NCBI RefSeq assembly: GCF_028368995.1
Contig: NZ_JAQNDL010000001.1
Coordinates: 640,001-704,000 of the forward strand
Direction of reading: 5' to 3'
Length of the DNA stretch: 64,000 nt
From: Nannocystis bainbridge
GTDB taxonomy: Bacteria > Myxococcota_A > Polyangia > Nannocystales > Nannocystaceae
Within the stretch, counting starts at the first letter, position 1. Each line of letters begins with the position of its first letter. Shown here in pieces: positions 50,611 through 59,185 of this stretch. The translations under genes were made by a program, and so were the position numbers. The notes beneath the pieces are model-generated. The model searched no databases and had not been told where the DNA came from. It was given only the letters and a program-made list of their open reading frames with translations.

Positions 50611-50880
50611 TCAGACCTGAAAGTAGTTCTGCCAGGCCTGATACAGCAAATCACGGATCGCCTGCGGGACAGCGCCTCCGCCGCGGTGGCTGAAGACCCC
50701 GGTGTACCCGTAGTAGTAGTATTCGTTGTCGTTCGTCGCCATGTGATCGTCGCCCGGATTGTCGACGTGGCGGCTGAAGTGGATGTTGGCGAAGGTGGCG
50801 ATGACGTTGCAGACGTAATAGACCCAGTTCCCGGTGAGGTTCTCCAGGGAGTTCGTGATCTTCCAGTCGGTCATGCTCAT
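50611..50880 (-). CDS. Small aromatic/Asn-rich hypothetical protein
   Basis: 89 aa; GGAG RBS; GC3-biased codons. Confidence 0.75.
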   Translation of the reverse strand: MSMTDWKITNSLENLTGNWVYYVCNVIATFANIHFSRHVDNPGDDHMATNDNEYYYYGYTGVFSHRGGGAVPQAIRDLLYQAWQNYFQV

Positions 50881-50916
50881 GGCTGCTGCTCCAAGCGCGG
50901 GCTCGCGTCGGCCCGG

Positions 50917-51237
50917 TCAGGTCTCGGCGAGGGAGATGTTGCCCGTGGGATCGACGGTCATCTTGTAGTCCTGCGGGCTGCTGTTCACGTTGGCGAGGAT
51001 GACCTCGCCCGAGCCATCGTCCCACTCCGCCTTGATCTTCCAGTCGTCGTCCCAGAGGATGCAGCGGCCCCGCCCGGTCTGGACGCTGAGCGGGACGTTC
51101 TTGTGCTGGGAGATCCAGGCGTAGACCTCGGAGTACGACCGCGGGGACACCGTCTGGCTGTCCCCCGGGTGCTCCATGTTCACGATCGAGATGTGGGCGT
51201 TCGATTGATTGTCACAGCCGCGAATGCCTGTCGTCAT
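50917..51237 (-). CDS. Small beta-rich hypothetical protein
   Basis: 106 aa from the ATG at 51237 with GAGGA RBS; co-oriented with 50611-50880. Confidence 0.75.
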   Translation of the reverse strand: MTTGIRGCDNQSNAHISIVNMEHPGDSQTVSPRSYSEVYAWISQHKNVPLSVQTGRGRCILWDDDWKIKAEWDDGSGEVILANVNSSPQDYKMTVDPTGNISLAET

Positions 51238-51536
51238 TGTTCCTCGTGGTTGGCAGCAATATGTACCCGCGGCCGACCAGGCGCCGCTGGCGGAAACAGC
51301 CTGTCGTGCGCCCGACGACACCGCCCGCGCGCAGCCGCCCGCGCCACCGCAGCCGTGCTGCAGCGCGCCCCGTTCGTGACGATCGCGGCGAAACTCCCGC
51401 TCCGGAGCGGAATGCGACCCCCGCCGACGCTTGATTCGCCGCGTCGCCCGATTGGCGACACCGACCGCGAACCTTCGAGCAACCGAGGCCCACGCCTCCG
51501 TCGCCGAGGGCTCTGCAGCCCTCGACTGTCACATCC

Positions 51537-54152
51537 TCACGGCCGCTTGCGCGCCGCCAGCCACGCGTCGATCTCGACCACCGACGCGGCCGTCCTCGCG
51601 TCCGCGGCGAGGGCCTGTCGCGCCTCGCGGGCCAGCGCGACCGCGCGACGCGACTGCCCCAGATCTGCGAGCACCCTGGCCAGCTCGAACTGCACCTCGC
51701 CCAGCCAGGCCGGATCGCCGTCCGCGCCGCGGTTCAGCGCCTCCGCCAGCGCGACGCGGGCCGGCCCTGGCTCGCCGCGGGCGTAGTGCGCCGCGCCGAG
51801 CAGCCGCAGCGGCTCCGCCAGCGGCGGGCTGTCTTCGCCGTACGCTCGCCGCGACACCGCGAGCGCCTGCTCGCACACCGCGATCGCGCGGTCGAGCTCT
51901 GCCAGCAGGTTCAGCGTGCGGCAGCGAATGATATGAGCCTGGGCGCTCTCCGGATTGTCGACCCCGAGCGCCGCGTCGAGGTCAGCCGCGGCGCGGTCGG
52001 CTCTGGCGAGCGCGAGCCGCCCGAGCCGCTCGCGCTCGTCGGGCGCCTCGGTCGCCTCGGCCTGATTGAGGACGCAGATCGCCCAGTCGCGCAGGCACGA
52101 CGCGGTCGTCGGGTGCTGCTCGCCGTGCAGTCGGCTCGCCATCTCGTGCGCGCGCCGCAACGCATCGTCGGCGGCCGCCCACGCGCCCGTCTGCTGCGCG
52201 GTCGCGCCGAGGAAGATCAGCGTCGCCATGACCGCGTCGTGATCGCCGACCAGAGTCCGATCCCACACCGCCAGCGCGCTCTCGAGGCGCGCCAGCGCCT
52301 GCACCGCGTCGCCCTTGTAGAGCAGCGCCTGGCCCTCGACGCGCGCCAGCTCGCCGGCGAGCAGCGGCGTCTGCAGCCGCTCGGCCAGCGGTCGGGCCCG
52401 CGCGGCGTAGGCCAGCGCCGCCTCCGGGTCTTGCAGACCGACGCCGACGATGACGACCAGGTTGACGAGCACCATGGCCCGCCGCGTATCGTCACCGGAC
52501 GCCTCCGCGAGCTCGGCCGCGACCTCGAAGCGGGCCCGCGCGCCCGCCAGATCGCCGGACCTCATGAGCAGGTCGGCCTCGTCGCTCGCCGCCGCCGCCG
52601 CGAGCGGCAAGTAACCCATCTCCCGCGCCCTCGCCTCGATCGCCCGCACCGACTGCAGCGCCTCGTCGACGCGCCCCTCGTCGGCCTTCGCCACCGCCTC
52701 GCGCAGCTCCCGGCGCGCGCGCGCGACCTCCTCGCGCACCGCCGGCTCGGGGCTCGGCAGCAGCGACAGCGGAGCATCGGCCGCGCATCGATCCGGCGCC
52801 GTGAGCCCGTACGACAGCCACTCGACCTGCTGCAGCGCCGCCCGATCGGCGGGGTCGACGGCGCCGAGGAACCCTTCGAGCTCGCCGAAGCCCTCCTCGA
52901 GGCACGCGATCCGGCGCGCCGCGATCGCCCGATCCGCGCCCGCGTCGCGACACACCTCGGTGCGCAGATCGACCCACCGTTGCGCCTGCGCGTCGAGGCG
53001 CGCCTCCAGGCGCTCGCTCAGCAGCTCGCCGCGCGCCAGGCCCCCGCCGGTGATCGCCGCGCGCAGCCGTTGCTTCTGCGCCGCGTTCCACAGCCCGTCC
53101 ATGCGCGCCCGCGGCTCGTCGCACGGATCGGCCGCGACCGCGACGACCGCCGGTGCCTCGCGCAGCGCCCACGCCAGCGCCAGCGCCACCAGGGCCCCGA
53201 ACGCCAGCAGCCCGCCGACCCGCGCCCACCGGGGCTCGATCGCGTTCGCCAGCGCCACCACCAGCGCATCCATCGACGCATAGCGATCGCCTGGCCGCTC
53301 GGCGAGCCCACGACGAACGATCCGCTCGAGCCGCCGCGGCACCCGACCGAGGCACTCCTTCAACGTCAGACACAGCGCGTACTGATCGCTCGCCGCGGTC
53401 GGCTCGCCGCCCGCGCGCAGCTCGGGCGCCAGGTACCCCGGCGTGCCCGCCCTGCCGCTCTCGGGGCTGGTCGGCCAGAGCGGCGCGCCCGGGTCCGTGG
53501 TCGCGCGGGCCAGTCCGAAGTCGGTGACCTGCACGCTGCCGTCCTCACCGACGAGGATGTTGTCCGGCTTGACGTCGCGGTGGAGCACGCCCGCTTTGTG
53601 CGACGCCGCCAGCCCACGCGCCGCGCCCAGACACAGCGCCGCGACCTCGCGCCACGCCGGCCGCGCGCGCGCGCAGTGCTCGCGCAGCGTGCTGCCGCGG
53701 ATCAGCGCCATCGCCACGAACAGCTCCTCGCCCGACTCGCCGGCGTCGAACACGGTGAGGACATTCGGGTGCGCCAGCCGGGCCATCGCCCGCGCCTCAC
53801 GCAGCAGCCGCTCGCGATCGGCCGGGCGGACGTCGAGCGCGTGGATGAGCTTGACCGCGACGTCGCGGTCGAGCACCGGATCGTGCGCGCGATAGACCAG
53901 CCCCATCCCGCCCGAGCCGAGCAGATCGGCGAGCGTGTAACGACCGATCACCACCCCGGTCATCGGATCCGCGCCGCGGTCGTCCTCGCTGCGGACGCCG
54001 ACCTGCCCGCGCGCGAGGCCGGCGACCAGCACGCGACAATCGGTGCACGCCTCGAGGTGACCGTCGAGCGCGGCGCGCTCGTCCGCACCCAGCGCGCCCT
54101 CGAGATACGCGAAGACCGTCTCTTCTTCCGGACAGACGTCCAACGCGCGCAA
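51537..54152 (-). CDS. Membrane Ser/Thr kinase with N-terminal zf-HC2 (anti-sigma-type) zinc finger and C-terminal TPRs
   Basis: HLEACTDC; LGSGGMG; HRDVKPDN; DFGLA; TM segment; GEQHPTT-type TPRs. Exact start uncertain. Confidence 0.9.
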   Translation of the reverse strand: MRALDVCPEEETVFAYLEGALGADERAALDGHLEACTDCRVLVAGLARGQVGVRSEDDRGADPMTGVVIGRYTLADLLGSGGMGLVYRAHDPVLDRDVAVKLIHALDVRPADRERLLREARAMARLAHPNVLTVFDAGESGEELFVAMALIRGSTLREHCARARPAWREVAALCLGAARGLAASHKAGVLHRDVKPDNILVGEDGSVQVTDFGLARATTDPGAPLWPTSPESGRAGTPGYLAPELRAGGEPTAASDQYALCLTLKECLGRVPRRLERIVRRGLAERPGDRYASMDALVVALANAIEPRWARVGGLLAFGALVALALAWALREAPAVVAVAADPCDEPRARMDGLWNAAQKQRLRAAITGGGLARGELLSERLEARLDAQAQRWVDLRTEVCRDAGADRAIAARRIACLEEGFGELEGFLGAVDPADRAALQQVEWLSYGLTAPDRCAADAPLSLLPSPEPAVREEVARARRELREAVAKADEGRVDEALQSVRAIEARAREMGYLPLAAAAASDEADLLMRSGDLAGARARFEVAAELAEASGDDTRRAMVLVNLVVIVGVGLQDPEAALAYAARARPLAERLQTPLLAGELARVEGQALLYKGDAVQALARLESALAVWDRTLVGDHDAVMATLIFLGATAQQTGAWAAADDALRRAHEMASRLHGEQHPTTASCLRDWAICVLNQAEATEAPDERERLGRLALARADRAAADLDAALGVDNPESAQAHIIRCRTLNLLAELDRAIAVCEQALAVSRRAYGEDSPPLAEPLRLLGAAHYARGEPGPARVALAEALNRGADGDPAWLGEVQFELARVLADLGQSRRAVALAREARQALAADARTAASVVEIDAWLAARKRP

Positions 54153-54240
54153 TGTCGTCGAGATCGCCGCGACGCGTCAACCGCCGCCGACGCCGCAGTG
54201 TTGACCCGCGAGAAGTCGCAGATCTAGCATCGCCGCGCCG

Positions 54241-55044
54241 GTGCACGACCTCGCCGAATCGGTCCTCGAGCAAGCGCGCGTCGCGTGGCCCGCGGCGCCG
54301 TGGCAGCGCGAGGACATCGCGCGGCGACTGACCGGCGTGGACCCGCAGCTATGGTCCGAGCCGGCGGCCGCCGACCGCCGCGCCGAGCTCCTGCTCGCCT
54401 GGGCCTGTCTGCTCGGCGACCGCGACGCCGTCCGCCACGTCGAGGCCCGCTACGTCCGCGACGTGCTGCCGAACCTCCGCGCGCTCGACCTCGCGGGGGC
54501 CGAGCTCGACGAGGTGGTGCAGACCCTGCGCGTCGCGCTGCTGATCGGCGCGCCCGGTGGCGAGCCGAAATTCACCCGCTACGCCGGCCGCGGCGCGCTG
54601 GGCGGCTTCGTGCGGACCGTCGCGGTAAGGCTGGCGCTCGATCGCAAGCGTGCGCGCCGCCCTCCGGATCTCGGCGAGCTGGCCCGCCGCCTCATCACCC
54701 CGCTCAGCGATCCGGACGTCGACTATCAAAAGCAGCTCTACACCACGCGCTTCACCGAGGCGCTCGAGGCCGCGTGGGCGCGCCTGCCGATGGCCGAGCG
54801 CCTGCTCCTCCGCTACCACTTGCTCGATCAGGTCGGCATCGACGAGCTCGCGGTCATCTACCGGATCCACCGCTCGACCGCGGCGCGCCGCTGCGCCTCC
54901 GCGCGCCAGCGCCTGGTCACCGGCACCCGCGCCGAACTCGGTCGCGCCATTGGGGTGAGCACCCGCACGGTCGAGAGCATCCTCCGACTGATCGCCACCC
55001 GGCTGGACGCCGGACCCGAGCCGCTGCCCGTAGAACCGGCCTGA
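54241..55044 (+). CDS. Sigma-70/ECF-like sigma factor, Myxococcales family
   Basis: LLLAWACLLGD, YAGRGALGGFVRTVAVRLAL, region-4-like IDELAVIYRIHRSTAAR; divergent from the zf-HC2 kinase. Confidence 0.8.
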   Translation: MHDLAESVLEQARVAWPAAPWQREDIARRLTGVDPQLWSEPAAADRRAELLLAWACLLGDRDAVRHVEARYVRDVLPNLRALDLAGAELDEVVQTLRVALLIGAPGGEPKFTRYAGRGALGGFVRTVAVRLALDRKRARRPPDLGELARRLITPLSDPDVDYQKQLYTTRFTEALEAAWARLPMAERLLLRYHLLDQVGIDELAVIYRIHRSTAARRCASARQRLVTGTRAELGRAIGVSTRTVESILRLIATRLDAGPEPLPVEPA

Positions 55045-55145
55045 AGGGGCCGTGCGAGCCGAATTGCTCGCGCGTGTCGTTTTCGCCGCGACCTCGGAGC
55101 CCGGGCTCCGTCTGGTCGGCGAACCAGTCCCAAGAAGGCCTCCTC

Positions 55146-55568
55146 ATGCGAATCACTCTGCTCTCGGCGCTCGCCCTCTCCCTCCTCGGCTCCCTCCCGG
55201 CCTGCAACGACGACGGCGGCGCCGACACCGACACCGCCGGCGACAGCGACGGCGACGCCTGCTCCGGCCCGATCACCGACTGCCGCCTCGCCGACCTCTC
55301 GGAGGAGCAGCAGGCCACCTACTGCGAGACGCTGCTCGCCGCCATCGACGACGAGCCCGGCACGCAATACACCTGCGACGCCGACGGCGCTTACTTGACG
55401 GTCACCACCTCCGCCGAGTGCATCGCCAACGAGGTCTCGCAGGATTGCGCCATCACCGTCGGCGACCTCATCGACTGCTACAAGGCGGCCAAGGTCGACG
55501 CCTGCGCCGCCTTCGCCGAGGACGGCGCCTGCGGGCCCGTGTTCAGCCAGGGCGCAGCCTGCGTCTGA
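55146..55568 (+). CDS. Small Cys-rich lipoprotein
   Basis: Lipobox LPAC; about 10 further Cys; acidic. Confidence 0.8.
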   Translation: MRITLLSALALSLLGSLPACNDDGGADTDTAGDSDGDACSGPITDCRLADLSEEQQATYCETLLAAIDDEPGTQYTCDADGAYLTVTTSAECIANEVSQDCAITVGDLIDCYKAAKVDACAAFAEDGACGPVFSQGAACV

Positions 55569-55830
55569 TCGCGCCGCCTCGCAGCGACGATCCGCGGGCC
55601 GCGGATCGTCCGGCCCCGCGCCAGCTCGCGTCGTCCACGCTCTCCGACCTCCGCGAGATCGAAGGACCCATCACGACCTGCGACGCCCGCTTCGCGGCAC
55701 GATCGCGCGACGTGCTCGCGGTCTCGAGCCGTGAGAAATGACAGCGCCCGCGCGGGACCTCCTCACCGCGGTGAAGCCTCGGCGGGGCCCAGATTGACCC
55801 CGCCCGGCCTGCCATGCTCAGGTGGGCCGC

Positions 55831-57777
55831 ATGCAATGGAAGAGGTTCTCGCTCGGGGTGTTGTGGATGGCGGCGTGCGGCGACAGCGGCGTGCGCGACG
55901 ACTCGGCGACGGGCAGCGCTGCCACGTCCACCGTCACCGACAGCACCGGCGCTTCGACGCTGCCGACCACCACCATCGGCGAGACCGACTCGGAGGCCGG
56001 CACCGCGACCGCCAGCGCCACCGAGGTCCCGACCAGCAGCACCACCGACGACCCTGGCGAGACCGGCACCACCGGCCTCGACATGACCTGCGTCGACACG
56101 CCGCCGCCCGGCTTCACCGGCCCGACCGATCCGGCGTGCGCCGCCGCCCCGCAGGTCGGGACCTTCGAGCCGATGCTCGAGTGGAACCGCGCCACCTGGA
56201 CCACCGCGCCCACCTCGGACCAGGTGCTGATGTCGCCGATCGTCGCCTCGCTCGACGGTGACGCGGTGCCCGACGTCGCGTTCGTCACCTACGTCGCCGG
56301 CAACCACTACGGCCCCGGGGTCCTGCGCGCGATGTCAGGCGACGGCCAACAGGAGCTCCTCAACGTCGAGGGCCAGGACGTGTGCGGCCACTCCGGGCTC
56401 GCGGCCGGCGACATCGACGGCGACGGCCAGGTCGAGCTGGTCGTCGTCACCATCGACGGCGCGATCAAGGTGTTCGAGCACGACGGCGCGCCCAAGTGGA
56501 CCAGCGAAGTGTACGGCCTGCACTGCTCGACCTCGCCGGGCATCGCCGACTTCGACGGCGACGGCACGCCCGAGGTCTACGCCGGCGCGGTGATCCTCGA
56601 CGCCGACGGCAACGAGCGCGGCGTCGGCCCGCACGGCAACGGCTTCCGGATCTCGGTCGCCGCCGACATCGACGAGGACGGCCAGCAGGAGCTCGTGGTC
56701 GGCAACGCCGTCTACGACGGCCTCGGCGAGCCCGAGTGGTTCAACATGGAGGCCGACGGGATCCCCGGCGTCGCCGACTTCACGGGCGACTCCAAGCCCG
56801 AGATCGTGGTCAGCGCGTCCGGGACCGTGCGCCTGCAGGACAACCAGGGCGTGGTGCTGTGGACCGCCATGGTCCCCGGCGGAGGCGGCGGCGCGCCGAC
56901 GATCGCCGACTACGACGGCGACGGCGAGCCCGAGGTCGGCGTCGCCGGCAGCGAGTATTACGTGGTGTTCGACACCGACGGTACCCTGATGTGGCAAGCG
57001 CCGATCTCCGAGACCGAGTCGGCCACCGGCTCGATCGTCTACGACTTCGAGGGCGACGGGATCGCCGACGTGATCCACGCCGACGAGAACCGCGTGTGGG
57101 TGTTCTCCGGCCTCGACGGCGCGGTCAAGCTCGAGTTCGGCGGCCACGGCAGCGCGACCCAGCTCGAGTCGCCCGTGGTCGTCGACGTCGACGGCGACGG
57201 CCAGGTCGAGATCGTGTTCGGCAACAATCAATACTACGACCCCGCGGCCCCGAAGGGCATCTCGGTGATCGGCGACGCGGCGATGTCCTGGCGGCCCGGG
57301 CGGAAGATCTGGAACCAGTTCCAGTACTCGATCACCAACGTCGCCGACGACGGCACCATCCCGGCGATGCCGGCCTACAACTGGACCACCCACAACAACT
57401 ACCGCTCGGGCGACGACTCCCCGCCCGACGGCCTGGCCGCGCCCGACCTCGTGCTCGAGGCCAACATCTGCCAGTACCTGTGCCAGGACACCGACCTGCA
57501 GCTATGGGTCAACGTCGGCAACGCGGGCGCCTCGGCGCTCACCGCCGGCGCCACGATCGAGGTCTACGGCGAGCTCGACGGCCAGGAGACGCTGCTCGCC
57601 TCGCAGCCCTTTTTGAAGGTCTTGCCGGCCGGCGAGTACGCGACCGCGATCGGCTTCGACATCGACGCCGCCGGCTACGACGCCCTGCTCGTCCGCGCCG
57701 TCGCCGGCGAGCAGGAGTGCAAGCTCGACAACAACGTCGCCGCGCTGCCGACCCCGTTCTGCAACCCGCCCGAGTGA
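55831..57777 (+). CDS. FG-GAP repeat lipoprotein with C-terminal CARDB-like domain
   Basis: Lipobox MAAC; repeated DxDGDGxxE Ca-binding motifs; IWNQFQYSITNV; VNVGNAG..ECKLDNN. Confidence 0.9.
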   Translation: MQWKRFSLGVLWMAACGDSGVRDDSATGSAATSTVTDSTGASTLPTTTIGETDSEAGTATASATEVPTSSTTDDPGETGTTGLDMTCVDTPPPGFTGPTDPACAAAPQVGTFEPMLEWNRATWTTAPTSDQVLMSPIVASLDGDAVPDVAFVTYVAGNHYGPGVLRAMSGDGQQELLNVEGQDVCGHSGLAAGDIDGDGQVELVVVTIDGAIKVFEHDGAPKWTSEVYGLHCSTSPGIADFDGDGTPEVYAGAVILDADGNERGVGPHGNGFRISVAADIDEDGQQELVVGNAVYDGLGEPEWFNMEADGIPGVADFTGDSKPEIVVSASGTVRLQDNQGVVLWTAMVPGGGGGAPTIADYDGDGEPEVGVAGSEYYVVFDTDGTLMWQAPISETESATGSIVYDFEGDGIADVIHADENRVWVFSGLDGAVKLEFGGHGSATQLESPVVVDVDGDGQVEIVFGNNQYYDPAAPKGISVIGDAAMSWRPGRKIWNQFQYSITNVADDGTIPAMPAYNWTTHNNYRSGDDSPPDGLAAPDLVLEANICQYLCQDTDLQLWVNVGNAGASALTAGATIEVYGELDGQETLLASQPFLKVLPAGEYATAIGFDIDAAGYDALLVRAVAGEQECKLDNNVAALPTPFCNPPE

Positions 57778-57940
57778 CAGCCCGCGTCGGCTCCGCGGCC
57801 GCGCATGCGACCCCGACCGCCGCGAGCACGGCCGGGGTCGCTAGCTTCCCGGCGTCGCCGCCCGGCCACGCATCAACCTGTCCCATGGGCCATCTGTCAC
57901 GATTTCGTCCCTCCTGTAGGGACCGCCGCCCGACGCCCGC

Positions 57941-58705
57941 TCAACCCCGCCGAAGCGCCCGCTCGTGCCGGCGGTCCGACACCGCGCGGCCGATCAGGAT
58001 CAGCGTCCCGAGGCCCAGCCAGCTCAGGCCGATGACCCGCAGCGCCCTCACCCACCTTGCCCACAGCGCCTCGACGTGGCTCCCGGGCCGGTCCCAGACC
58101 ACGAACGCCACCGCGTCGAGGTTCGTCCCGGCCGGCACCAGCTCGCGGTAGCACGCCGCCTGATCGGCCGGCACGCGCACCAGCTCGTCGCTCGCCACGC
58201 TCCACGCGTCGCTGCAGCCGCGATCGATCGCCACGTTGTAGCAGGCGGCGAACACCTGCACCGGCTCGCCGGGCTGCCACGACGCCGGCACCACCGGTGC
58301 CACCGCGTGGTCCCGCCGGGGCGACGCTTTGCCGTTGTCGTGGCGATGCGACACCTTGACCGCGCGCGACCCGTCGACCCGCGCCGCCTCCGTCAAGGTC
58401 GCGCGCTCGACCTCCGGGCGCCCGGCGAACTCGGCCAGCGACAGCGCGACCGGCTCGCCGCCGGTGATCCGACCGTACTCCGCCAGCGGCATCCCGCCGA
58501 GGAACACCAGCAGCCCCGCCCCGGCCAGCCCGAACCCGCCCCAGACGCCGCGCAGCACCAGCGGCAGCCCGAGCACCAGCGTGGCGCCGGTCCCGGCGGC
58601 CAGCGAGCAGCTCTGGTACGTCACGGCCACCCCGAGCCCGACCAGCGCCGCCGCGGCCGCGGTGACCAGCACGAACTCGCGCACCTGCTGGGACGTCCCC
58701 GACAC
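57941..58705 (-). CDS. Membrane protein (start uncertain)
   Basis: N-terminal TM segments, soluble middle (VAPVVPASW) and C-terminal TM; GTG at 58705 chosen. Confidence 0.65.
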   Translation of the reverse strand: MSGTSQQVREFVLVTAAAAALVGLGVAVTYQSCSLAAGTGATLVLGLPLVLRGVWGGFGLAGAGLLVFLGGMPLAEYGRITGGEPVALSLAEFAGRPEVERATLTEAARVDGSRAVKVSHRHDNGKASPRRDHAVAPVVPASWQPGEPVQVFAACYNVAIDRGCSDAWSVASDELVRVPADQAACYRELVPAGTNLDAVAFVVWDRPGSHVEALWARWVRALRVIGLSWLGLGTLILIGRAVSDRRHERALRRG

Positions 58706-58772
58706 CTCGCGCCGAGGATATCGACCGACTCGCCGGTCGACAACCGCGCGCGAGCGATCGACGCCTCCCACC

Positions 58773-58828
58773 ACATGTCCTGTTGGCCCTGTCGTAGCAG
58801 CCATGTTCTATGGAACATGTCCCACGCG
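58773..58828. repeat. 14-bp-period CATG palindrome array (4 units)
   Basis: acatgtcctgttgg/ccctgtcgtagcag/ccatgttctatgga/acatgtcccacgcg. Confidence 0.7.
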
Positions 58829-59118
58829 TCGGCGATCCAAGCTTGCGCGCCTGCAACGTTCCGTCTCCGGTCCGGCGATCGTCGCACTGCCGCGAATGCA
58901 CCCACCCGGTGCGGCCAATCGCGTCCCTTCCCACGCCCCCGGCGCTGGCCCCACGAATTCACCGCCCGGGCCGCCGACTGTCGCCGGCGTCATGTTCCTC
59001 GCCCGCCTCGTTCGAATGCGAGCGTCTCATGTCAATACCGCGGCGCGCCTGCGCCCGGCACCGCGCAATCGGGCCCACGATTCCCGAATCACAGGTGCTG
59101 CGGTGCCGCCACCTCGCA

Positions 59119-59148
59119 TTGACACGGCGCTGCGGCGCCTCGTAAGGT
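59119..59148 (+). promoter_or_regulatory. Putative sigma70 promoter of vgrG
   Basis: TTGACA-18 nt-TAAGGT, 37 nt upstream of the ATG at 59186. Confidence 0.55.
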
Positions 59149-59185
59149 GCCCGGTCGAAGAGCCACCATCGGCTCCGGCCTATCG

